A DNA stretch of 32,502 bases, from NCBI RefSeq assembly GCF_006345805.1, contig NW_021829594.1:1-32502 (forward strand), in the 5' to 3' direction. Position numbers and translations under genes: made by a program. The first letter of the stretch is position 1. Every line of letters begins with the position of its first letter. The stretch is from Octopus sinensis. Its lineage: Eukaryota. Positions 12,501-22,106 of this stretch are shown in pieces. The notes below the pieces were generated by a model. It made no database searches and was not told the origin of the DNA. It saw only the letters and a program-made list of their open reading frames with translations.

Positions 12501-13300
12501 TTCCTTCCCCCATTTCCATTGTCTGGGTTCCCTAGTTCTATAGCTACTCTAATGATGCCATACTTTCTTCATCTTTTGTTAGGTGTTATGTCCAGAATGT
12601 AGGACACAGACAGTCATGTCCTGTCACAATTCTCTGTTCATTATTTTCTGTAACAGTTCCACTTCCAACCAGTTCGCCAAGCTAAACACAGGCACTATAC
12701 CTGTAAACACCAATTTTGCAACAGTCAAAAGGAAGAGACCGGTTATTGATATTTGAACCGTATATACACAGCTGACCAAACAACCATATTAGTGATGTCA
12801 TTTATATTGCATTAAATTCATAAATCTAATTATAGCTGATGTGGCAAATGTATAATTATGGGTATTTGCTTCCTGCTTAGTTGATGATCTTTCGGTTATT
12901 CATGGCCTTTTACTGTTAAGGTTAATGAAACATTTTAATAAGATTTTATTACCAGATATTCCGTCAACAATGGTTTAGTTTAAAGAGAAGGAAAACACCC
13001 ATGATGTTTTGCATAGCTTCTGAAACCGATAGGTGGGGGAGAGAAAGGATGCAACAGTCGACAAACTTACGGGTTACTGCAATAGGAAGAAATACATCGA
13101 GATAATAAGCTATCTTCAAACTGGAGGCCTGATCGATATACTTAGAAGAGAATGAGTTTCACTAAAGACAGCCAATGACTAAGTAATGGTGTGAAACCAG
13201 GGGACTGATTATGAACACTATCCAAGGACAACAAGAATTAAAATCAGAAAGGGAAAAGCCAATTTACATCACAAATAAACTGCATATAATGGTTTCAAAT

Positions 13301-14021
13301 GTGAAGACGCGTTGCTTAGTGGTTAGGGCATTCGCCTTAAGATCGTAAAGTCGTGAGTTCAATTCCCGGCAACGCGTTGTGCCCTTGAGCAGGACACCTT
13401 TATTCTCTTGAAAAACGCCGCCGCCGTGATGATCTCATTCTCGCCCACAACATCATAAGCGGGAAGCGTAACCTCTCGAAAGAGCTGTTCTTCACTCCTG
13501 CTCCGGAGCGTCGGCTGCGGGGTCATTCCGAAAAGCTCTACCTGCGACGATTTCATCTCAATCGAAGGAGAGGAGCTTTCTCCGTCCGGGTTGCGGATCC
13601 GTGGAACAAGCTGCCAGACGAGATGGTGAAGATGCCGACGACCGCTTTGTTTAAAGCCTCCCTGGACCTCAAGTGGCCTGAACTCTATACATGAACACCA
13701 CCCTGTACTTAACTCCATGTCCCCCTACATGGCCTTGCTATTTGCTTTTGAGCCAAATTAACTAACTAACTAACTAACTAACACTTTATTTCACGTTGCT
13801 CCAGCCTACTCAGCTGGCAAAAATGAGTAGTACCTGTATTTCAAAGGGCCAGGCTTGTTACACTGTGTCACGCTGTTTCTCTCTGAGAACTACGTTAAGG
13901 GTACACGTGTCTGTGGAGTGCTCAGCCACTTGCACGTTAATTTCACGAGCAGGCTGTTCCGTTCATCGGATCAAGTGGAACCCTCGTCGTCTTAACTGAT
14001 GGAGTGTCTGCTATAAAAATA
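13301..14021 (+). mobile_element. tRNA-derived SINE family D, interrupted by a CR1 fragment, with 13-bp TSD
   Basis: A box TGCTTAGTGG, B box GAGTTCAATTCCC and CORE-like CCCTTGAGCAGGACAC; the body resumes at 13781. AATGGTTTCAAAT is repeated at 13288-13300 and 14022-14034. Confidence 0.8.
13398..13782 (+). mobile_element. 5'-truncated CR1-clade LINE: ORF2 C-terminus, 3' UTR and (TAAC)6 tail
   Basis: The open frame LYSLEKRRRRDDLILAHNIISG...RLRGHSEKL...FSVRVADPWNKLPDEMV...FKASLDLKW ends at TGA 13692-13694 and matches the CR1 motifs SLE.RR.R.DLI, RGH..KL and FS.RV...WN.LP. The tail is at 13759-13782. Confidence 0.9.
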
Positions 14022-14114
14022 AATGGTTTCAAATTTTAGTACAATGCCAGCAGTTTTAAGGAAAGGGACAAATTGATTACATCGAGCGCAGTGATCAAAT
14101 ATTTATTTTATCTA

Positions 14115-14513
14115 AGGCGGTGAGCTGGCAGAAACGTTAGCACGCCGGGCGAAATGCTTTGCGGTATTTCATTTGCCGCTACGTTCTGAGTTCAAAATTC
14201 CGCCGAGGTCGACTTTGCCTTTCATCATTTCGGGGTCGATAAATTAAGTACTAGTTACGCACTGGGGTCGATATGATCGACTTAATCCGTTTGTCTGTCC
14301 TTGTTTGTCTCCTCTGTGTGTAGCCCCTTGTGGGTAGTAAAGAAATAGGTATTTCGTCTGTCTCTATGTTCTGAGTTCAAATTCCGCCGAAGTCGACTTT
14401 GCCTTTCATCCTTTCGGGGTCGATAAAATAAGTACCAGTTGCGTACTGGAGCCAATCTAATCGACTGGCCTCCTCCCTAAATGTTTTGGGGCCTTGTGCC
14501 TAAAGTAGAAAAG
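14115..14513 (+). mobile_element. Composite family B SINE (B1-tailed copy nested in a B2-tailed copy), 17-bp TSD
   Basis: AATATTTATTTTATCTA at 14098-14114 and 14514-14530. Inner duplication GGTATTTC at 14163-14170 and 14348-14355. Confidence 0.85.
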
Positions 14514-14530
14514 AATATTTATTTTATCTA

Positions 14531-14940
14531 TGGCGATGTGCTGGCAGAATCGTTAGCGCACTGGACGAAATGCTTAGCGGTATTTCGCTTTGATATGTTC
14601 TAAGTTCAAATTCAGCTGAGGTCGACTTTGCTATTCATCCTTTCGGGGTCAATATATTAAGTACCAGTTGTGTACTAGGGTCAATGTAATCGAGTATCCC
14701 CCTTCTCCCAAATTTCAGGCTTTGTTCCTATAGTAGAAAGAGTCGTTAGCACACCGGGCAAACTACTTAGCGGCATTTCGTCTCTATCTTTACGTTCTGA
14801 GTTCAAATTTCCCCAAGGTCCACGTTGCCTTTCATACTCGGAAGTCAATAAAATAAGTACCAATTGAACGTTGGGGGCGATTAATCTACTTGTGACCTTC
14901 CTCAAAAGTGCTGGCCTTGTGCCAAAAATTTGAAATCAAT
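14531..14940 (+). mobile_element. Two further head-to-tail family B SINEs (B2 at about 14531-14740, B3 at about 14741-14940)
   Basis: Head, B box and GGTC(G/C)AC(T/G)TTGC...TCAT core in each; the tails differ. Confidence 0.75.
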
Positions 14941-15071
14941 ATATCTTTTATATCAACGCCGAAAGTGAAGTACTAGCGTCGATATAAGCTATTAACACTC
15001 TCCACTAAAGTGCTTGGCCTTATGCCAGCAAATTTCGTAGTGGATGTTAATTTGAAACCATTACTGTTCCT

Positions 15072-15387
15072 GTGGAGGTGCAATGGCCCAGTGGTTAGGG
15101 CAACTGACTCGCGGTCGGAGGTCCGCGGTTTCGATTCCCAGACCGGGCGTTGTGTGTGTTTATTGAGCGAAAACACCTAAAAGCTCCACGAGTCTCCGGT
15201 GGGGGGGGGGCGATCCCTGTTGTACTCTTTCGCCACAACTTTCTCTCACTCTGTCTTCCTGTTTCTTGAGTAACGCTGCGATGGACTGGCGACCCGTCCA
15301 GCTGGGGGGAACATATACGCCACAGAAACCGGGAAACCGGGCCCTTGAGACTGGCTAGGCTTAAAAAGGGCGACGTTTATCGTTTTT
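15072..15387 (+). mobile_element. tRNA-derived SINE family C (V-domain-like), full length, 12-bp TSD
   Basis: A box TGGCCCAGTGG, B box GGTTTCGATTCCC and V-SINE-like GCGATGGACTGGCGACCCGTCCAG. ATTACT(G/A)TTCCT at 15060-15071 and 15388-15399. Confidence 0.8.
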
Positions 15388-15404
15388 ATTACTATTCCTA
15401 GTTT

Positions 15405-15620
15405 AAAGGCGGTGCCGTGGCAGAATCGTAAGCATACTGGACAAAATGCTCAGCAGTATTTCGTCCGTCTTTATGTTCTGACTAGGGGTCAACTTTGACT
15501 TTCATCATTTTGGGATCGGTGAATAAGTACTGGGTGCGTACGGGGCGGGGATCGATGTAATCAACTTGCTCTCTTCCCCCAAAATTTCAGGCCTTGTGCC
15601 TACCATAGAAAGGATCATTA
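15405..15620 (+). mobile_element. Family B SINE (B2 tail), diverged
   Basis: AAGGCGGTGCCGTGGCAGAATCG head; tail AAATTTCAGGCCTTGTGCCTACCATAGAAAGG. Confidence 0.7.
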
Positions 15621-15946
15621 CACTTAGTTTAGTTTCTGGTCAGGATCTAGTTTGAGATTACGATCATAACAACGAAATAGACACCTCATGAGGACCAGAA
15701 TACACGGAGATAGTAATATAACATAGTTAGAAATATACACAATCTAAAATATGCTCTCCAAAAGTGAAATGAATATTCCGGCAGTTTATCAGCTTATTAA
15801 TAATTCATCTTTATATTCCAATATACCATCGTCATAAGCATGAATAATTTATGTTCATGTTTACCGAGCGCTCTTCCAAAACGTTTTACGCGAAAATATC
15901 TTCATTATGCTAACAAATATTAATTCTATTATTAATATAACAGCTC

Positions 15947-16385
15947 AAGGTTGCAGGCTGGCAGAAACGTTAGCACGCCGGGTGAAGTGTTTAGCGGTAT
16001 TTCGGCTGCCGTTACGTTCTGAGTTCAAATTCCGCCGAGGTCGACTTTGCCTTTCATCCTTTCGGGGTCGATTAAATAAGTACCAGTTACCCACTGGGGT
16101 CGATATAATCGACTTAATCCCTTTGTCTGTCCTTTTTGTCCCCTCTATGTTTAGCCCCTTGTGGGCAGTAAAGAAATAAGAAACGTTAACTCGCCGGGCA
16201 TATACTTAGCGGCATTTCGTCCGTCTGTACGTTCTGAGTTCAAATTCCGCCGAGGTCGACTTTACTTTCCATCCCTTTCAGGGTGGATGAAATACGCACC
16301 AGTTAAACTACTAGAGTTTTCCTAATCCTAATCGACTTACCCACTTTCCCGAAATTGTTGGCTTTATAGCAGAAAAGGTTAATAT
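15947..16385 (+). mobile_element. Second composite family B SINE (B1 nested in the head of a B2-like copy)
   Basis: The B1 tail AAAGAAATA ends at 16178 and is followed by AGAAACGTTA, which duplicates 15963-15972. Confidence 0.8.
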
Positions 16386-16624
16386 CACAATTCATTTCTA
16401 TAAGTCAATTTTCAATTAATCTAGGAGTCTGCGCATTGTTTATTACCTTTTATCTTTTACTTGTTTCAGTCATTGGACTGAAGCGACCCTGGGGCGATGG
16501 TAAGAGATAAACACAAAGAGACACGACCATAGATATAGAGATCTAATGATGCAAATAAATAACTGCTTGGGTTAGATATACAAAATATGTACACATGTGT
16601 GTATATATATATATATATATATAT

Positions 16625-17074
16625 GAAACGAAAACGCAATAGCGGACAATAAAACATTCGGACAGATAGACGATGCAAAGGTGGACAGGAGAAACAACAA
16701 TTAGAAGGACATAAAAAAAAAGACGGGTCGTTCGTGGCCTTCTTTCCTCAGTCAAGTTTACCAGAAGTCCTTACTGTTTCGGGCAGTTACACTTGAGGCA
16801 CTTCGATCTGGTTGCTCCAAAAAAGTTTAGGCTAAGAGCATTAGATTTTTTTTGTAAGAAAGCTACAGAATGTGTACGACAACAAAGACAAAAAATGGAG
16901 AACATGGTACACAATTACAAATACAAACGACAAGGAATAATAACAGGCGTCTTTCGACTGAGAACGAACCAAATTGAGCTGGCGTGTATGAAGTGAAATT
17001 CTAAAGGCAGGAATATAGGAGATGGACATAAGAGGTGTTGACGGTCGGTAGAAGTCCTTATTGTTTCGGGCAGT
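16625..17074 (-). mobile_element. Unclassified interspersed element between (TA)n and (GTAT)n, with an internal 25-bp direct repeat
   Basis: AGAAGTCCTTA(C/T)TGTTTCGGGCAGT at 16763-16787 and 17050-17074; bounded by microsatellites. Strand and class are inferred. Confidence 0.4.
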
Positions 17075-17101
17075 ACATGTATGTATGTATGTATGTATGT
17101 A

Positions 17102-17298
17102 TTCGCCATGATAGATCGCTAGCCACTAAACCTTTTTCTATTTTCTCTCCCTATTTATTTCTGTGTTCCTTTCTGTCGAAGAGCGTAGGCTCGAAACATA
17201 AAAGACTTTCTCACTTCCCGAGCGTTAAATTAATACAACTGTTTGTTGTTTACACACCCATCTTCATCTTTTGTTTTTTTGTAAATTCTTACTATATA
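17102..17298 (+). mobile_element. Short non-coding element with a hammerhead-like motif, probably a Penelope pseudo-LTR derivative
   Basis: Contains the motif at 17169-17204. Its 3' end (17256-17298) matches the reverse complement of 6031-6078, and both abut TA repeats. Confidence 0.55.
17169..17204 (+). ncRNA. Minimal type I hammerhead ribozyme-like motif (variant or decayed)
   Basis: Stem I CTTT/AAAG; core CTGTCGA-A (consensus CTGANGA); stem II GAGC-GTAG-GCTC; GAAA; stem III ACAT (palindromic ACGT expected); cleavage-position A at 17200. Confidence 0.5.
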
Positions 17299-17544
17299 TT
17301 GGACAGCAGACCACATGCACTATTTATTTCACCTTCGCTTTAGTTTTAGTATTTTTATTTCTAGTCTATTTTTCTGTCGTCACACATTCTGTGACCTCTT
17401 CAATGACTCTGTCTCATGTGTCTTCTCTTGTCGTGCCTATTCCATGTATATACATATATATATATTTACATATATATATATATATAAACGCGCGCGCACA
17501 CGAGCATACAAAGAGGTATATTGAAAGAAAAAGAAGAGGATACA

Positions 17545-17553
17545 TGACTAAAC

Positions 17554-17593
<40 letters not shown>
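17545..17593. repeat. (AGAT)n tetranucleotide microsatellite
   Basis: About 12 units, direct reading. Confidence 0.95.
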
Positions 17594-17612
<19 letters not shown>

Positions 17613-18291
17613 CAGACATATAGGGGCATATACAAACAGGGTTGGTATAAATAAATAGTAACAACAATCTTTTGTCTGTTACTATAATAGGCAAATAAAA
17701 TATTTTATGTATAAAACTAAAAATTACAAAATATCCAGCGTATATATACATATATATACATGCGATCAGCTGCGAGTGTGTGTATGTGTGTACGCACGCA
17801 TGCACATGTGCATGGTAGTATATGTTATGCTCGATACGAATTACTAAACATGCGATGATCTAAGAAAGTGTAATTGTTATGACATTTAACAAGAGTTTGT
17901 ATTCATATCTACTGAACTCAGAAACTATATTTCTATCTAATATATGTTTACAAACATTTATATAACATCACTACCCTTGCCCGCTCCATAAATATTTCCT
18001 AGTATCAGAGTCAAATTGATTATCTTTACGAAAAATAAAACAAGCGCTTCAGTTTCTAGTTCGGGGGCATTTACAATATGGCTGCTGTACAAAAAATATT
18101 CAATATCAGTTTTTCTCGTGTGAATGTTTACAGTTATACAGAGCCACCATAACCTTTTGTACGTACTCAGATTAAAAACGAGATAAAATAATAAAAAAAA
18201 TCAACTGGTTATTTTTAAATAATCAACAATGTCTTCAATATTATAGAATTTTCAAAATATCAAAGGTAATTAAACATGCCGCCCGTCCTAC

Positions 18292-18292
18292 A

Positions 18293-18370
<78 letters not shown>

Positions 18371-18479
18371 AACATATAAGTATACATACACATCTATATA
18401 TATGTATATATATACACACACACACGCATATATATATATAATTAAATATAAATATACATATAAATACAAACATTTATAC

Positions 18480-18511
<32 letters not shown>

Positions 18512-18615
18512 ATATATATACATATAGAGACAAACATATATATATATATCCATATACACGTTATACACACAGTATATAAATACATGCGTATATACATGTA
18601 TATATGTTGATAAAT

Positions 18616-18686
<71 letters not shown>

Positions 18687-18950
18687 AACATATAAGTATA
18701 CATACACATCTATATATATGTATATATATACACACACACACGCATATATATATATAATTAAATATAAATATACATATAAATACAAACATTTATACATATA
18801 TATATATATATATATATGTGTGTGTATATATATACATATAGAGACAAACATATATATATATATCCATATACACGTTATACACACAGTATATAAATACATG
18901 CGTATATACATGTATATATGTTGATAAATACAATATATATATATATATGC
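18292..18950. repeat. About 315-bp tandem duplication of a TA-rich unit with (TA)n breakpoints
   Basis: AACATATAAGTATACATACAC at 18371 and 18687; GTTGATAAATACAAT ends at 18620 and 18934. Confidence 0.9.
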
Positions 18951-19017
18951 ATCTATAAATATATATGCTACGTATTGTAGATACATACATACATATATAT
19001 ACATATATATATATGTG

Positions 19018-19068
<51 letters not shown>

Positions 19069-19171
19069 ATGTATGCATGTATGTATGTATGTATGTATGT
19101 ATGTATGTATGTATGTATGTATGTATGTATGTATGTATGTATGGCTTTATATATATTAGGTATATGTATGT

Positions 19172-19743
19172 GAAGAATGAATCCCCACCGGATAAAGTTC
19201 CTAATCAGGCAGTTTACGGTGTCCTACCGAGCCCAAGCAACTTGTTCTGCTAAGGAATGTTAAAGTCACAATCTTGCTCCTGCTCCCGATGAGAGGAATT
19301 CTGGAGCGCATTCTCAACAGCTGTCCAAAAGCCCTCTCTGGCGATAATACTACTTGAGGTATGATTGAATGTCATAAGGGAAGATATCATCCGGAGTGAG
19401 ATTAGCCATTGCAAGCACCTCCGTTCAACGAAGATTATTAGCTTTGTCAAAGCTGAAGGATACGCTGGCTATCAGTCGCATCTCATCCCCACTGCCGCCT
19501 GGCCAATTTGCAGAAGCAAAAGAATATGAACTGAAAGTTGGCCTGGGAAACTGTCTCCCCAACGTCACTAAAGCTAAACATAGTACTGATCTCAGATGCA
19601 TCCAACCTGATGGTTCTGTTGGAACTCACCATAACCAGGGAAGACTTCACTAAAGTGGCAAATAAGAAGAGAAGGAAATATGGAGCGTTGTTGAGGCTAT
19701 GCCGAAGCAATGGGTGATTAGCAAGGTGTAATCTCATCGACGA
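19172..19743 (+). pseudogene. Decayed HERO-type (R2-superfamily, RLE-bearing) non-LTR retrotransposon C-terminus
   Basis: Frameshifted peptides MNPHRIKFLI / AVYGVLPSPSNLFC*G / ILERILNSCPKAL / YYLRYD / IISFVKAE / AKEYELKVGLG / SLKLNIVLISDASNLMVLLELT...KKRRKYGALLRLCRSNG*LARC are collinear with the zinc-knuckle and PD..D-E..K endonuclease motifs. Confidence 0.75.
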
Positions 19744-19953
19744 GGTTTGGGTGTCAATCTGAGAACAGCGCATGTACCGAGAATGATAAAAATCAAACAT
19801 TCAACATCATGGTGTCTGGAGTGATCAGTATTGATGGCGAAGTTATGCTTCCATTCAACTTCCCACACGGCCTCAGACTCAACACAGAGGCCTACATCAA
19901 GTGCTTGGAAGAGGTAGAGCTGTCCTGGGTTAAGGACTCTGCACCATGCCACA
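19744..19953 (+). pseudogene. Internally deleted Tc1/mariner (maT/DD37D-like) transposase fragment
   Basis: LGVNLRT (HTH-like) joins VPRMIKIKH / NIMVSGVISIDGEVMLPFNFPHGLRLNTEAYIKCLEEVELSWVK then DSAPCH, equivalent to the QQD.AP.H second catalytic Asp motif. Confidence 0.75.
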
Positions 19954-20009
19954 TTCTGGGAGCCGAGGTTGAAGCCAATGTAATTTTGTTGAATAAATTT
20001 GCTCTTTAG

Positions 20010-20157
20010 TATTTCAAGCTAACCATGAAGACAGGAGTCAACCATAATTTAGAATCTTCTGCAGTTCACTGCAGTTTCATCTCCAGTTCCTGCCTGCCTC
20101 ATGCTTCATGTGCCGCAGAGGAGGGTTTTAAAATCACAGGTCATGGCTCACATCCTG
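20010..20157 (+). other. Candidate host exon (148 nt), unidentified
   Basis: Acceptor TTTGCTCTTTAG, strong donor CTG/GTAAGT, and an open frame YFKLTMKTGVNHNLESSAVHCSFISSSCLPHASCAAEEGFKITGHGSHP. No homology recognised. Confidence 0.25.
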
Positions 20158-20284
20158 GTAAGTTGTGATCCTCCTACATCAAACTTACACCATCGGATTT
20201 CTTCCTTTGTACGACATTGAATTTCGTGTTTATGATCGAAGTATTCGTCCAGGGAGGAAAATCAATTTACGGATTCGAAAGGTG

Positions 20285-20806
20285 ATGTGTGTAGTTGTAT
20301 GTCTGTATATATGCGTGTGTATGCATGTGTGTGTGTTTATGTGTATATGAGCATGAGTGTGTGTGTTTGTGTGTATGTGTGTGCGCGTGTGTGTGCGCAT
20401 GTGTGTGCATGTGTGTGTTTATCTGTGTTTGTGTGTGTATGTGTGTGTATGTATGTGTGCGTGTGTGTGTGTATGTGAGTGTATTTATGTGTATGAGTGT
20501 GTGTGTTGTGTGTGCATGTGTGTGCGTGTGCATATGCGTGTGTTTGTGTATGAGTGTGTGTAGGTGTCTGTATGTGTGTGTGTGTGTGTATGTGTGTATG
20601 TGTGTGCATATGTGTGTGTTTATGTGTATGAGTGTGTGTGTTTGTGTGTGCATGTGTGTGTGCGTGTGCTTGTGTGTGCATGTATGTGCGTGTGTGTGCT
20701 TGTGTATGAGTGTGTGTGTTTGTGTGCGTGTGTATTTGTATGTGTGTGTGTGTTCATGTGTGTTTGTGTGTGTTTTTGTATATGAGCGTATGTGTGTGTG
20801 TGCGTG

Positions 20807-20841
<35 letters not shown>

Positions 20842-20842
20842 A
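20285..20842. repeat. Long degenerate (TG)n array with recurring TGTATGAGTGTGTGTGTTTG subunits
   Basis: Direct reading. Confidence 0.95.
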
Positions 20843-21715
20843 TGGTGCATTTCCCATGATTCTCAAGACAGTAAAGGTGTGGTAAAACTCTAGATATATA
20901 TTTCATGAGAGTTCCGCTCCTAAGAAGATTGCTTTGCATTGACTTTTTCGTTGCTGTGATTGTTGCTGTTTGTTTGTTTTTTTTTTATCACTGTCACTTT
21001 CAAACTGAAGTGGTGGAAGCTTCCTAAACTTGGTCAGCTCCGTACTAGCTGGTATAATGTCCAGTTTCCACAGAAGGAAAACACAGAATATTATAGCCGT
21101 ATATAAACATCATAATAGAAAAATAGCCTTCTGGTTAACTGACAGACAAAATACAAATATTTTCATTCGTTTATTGCCAATTCATTGAGGAACATTTATT
21201 AACTGAAAAATAGATCCGCAAGAGAATTGAATTTGAATCGAGAATGCTAGGAAAAAATCGCATTTAAGCCTCTATTATGATTGACGGAAGCAGTGATTTG
21301 AGTCGTCGGTTACCTCTTCTAAATAATTGTAGGTTAAAAGAAAATAACTCCGACTTGTATATCTACTCAAGGTACATATGTCTGGCTATTGATTGATTCG
21401 AAGTCTGTGAAGCACGAGGAAATTGCGTGCTAAAGCGTGAACGTATTCAACGATTGAGTCTTTCCGTCCGAATGAGTAACCTTATTAGCACTGTTGCTGA
21501 ATGAAATATTGTTGTTGTTGTTCTTGTTGCCGTGGACGCAGACGTTTTCACAGCGATACACTTGGAAAATGTTTGCTACCGGGAATGTCTAATGAAAGAC
21601 GTGGGGGAGTTTTATAGTTATTTATTTTTTTTTTGTTCAAAATTTTATCTGTGATGGGTTTTGGAATATTTAAGCGTCCAGTCTAGTGTTTTTTTTTTTC
21701 ATTATCAGATATACA

Positions 21716-22106
21716 TCTCTCTATATATAAAGCTGAAGTTGTCTGTGTATGGCAGGTTTGGTGCCTTCAACTAACACTATCTCCTCCGAGACCCAGCGGC
21801 GCAAGTTGACCAAAATTGAGAGTATGATAGAAGAAGGCTTGCTCTTCCTTCCCTAGAAGAAAATTTTCAAATCGGACCATGTTAACGCCAAAAATTATTT
21901 ACATCAAAAAGGTGCTTTTTTTCTATGAAAATACCTATTTTTTACGATTTTTTGATTGCTGCGTCGCCATTTTTCGGTGTATTTCAACCAGAAAAATGTT
22001 CACTTAAAGAGAATAACAAGCTACATAATACAAAAGTTTTACTTTTCAAAAATTCCAATTCTAAAGGGTCGAAACAAACCCGAGCAACGTCGGACGATAC
22101 TGCTGG
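21716..22106 (+). mobile_element. Non-autonomous Helitron, 391 bp, with the same termini as 9835-10135
   Basis: A/TCTCTCTATATATAAAGCTGAAGTTGT start; ACAAACCCGAGCAACGTCGGACGATACTGCTGG/T end (CTRR). Confidence 0.75.

Noticed and set aside
12540-13290. Exon-like text (minus-strand NRSLPFDCCK, plus-strand LVDDLSV)
   Set aside because: The frames examined are broken by multiple stops and the motifs are too short to assign to tetraspanin, GPCR or RT families.
15074-15150. tRNA gene (also considered for the heads near 13303, 28853 and 31645-31715)
   Set aside because: A and B boxes are present but there is no complete cloverleaf or acceptor stem, and each continues into a repeated SINE body.
14098-16385. 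CRISPR-like or regular tandem array
   Set aside because: The units are 200-400 bp diverged SINEs with TSDs. There is no short constant repeat/spacer periodicity, and the context is eukaryotic.
1107-20939. Numerous ORFs rich in YI, HT, CV or MYVC
   Set aside because: They are translations of (TA)n, (CA)n, (TG)n and (GTAT)n microsatellites, not genes.
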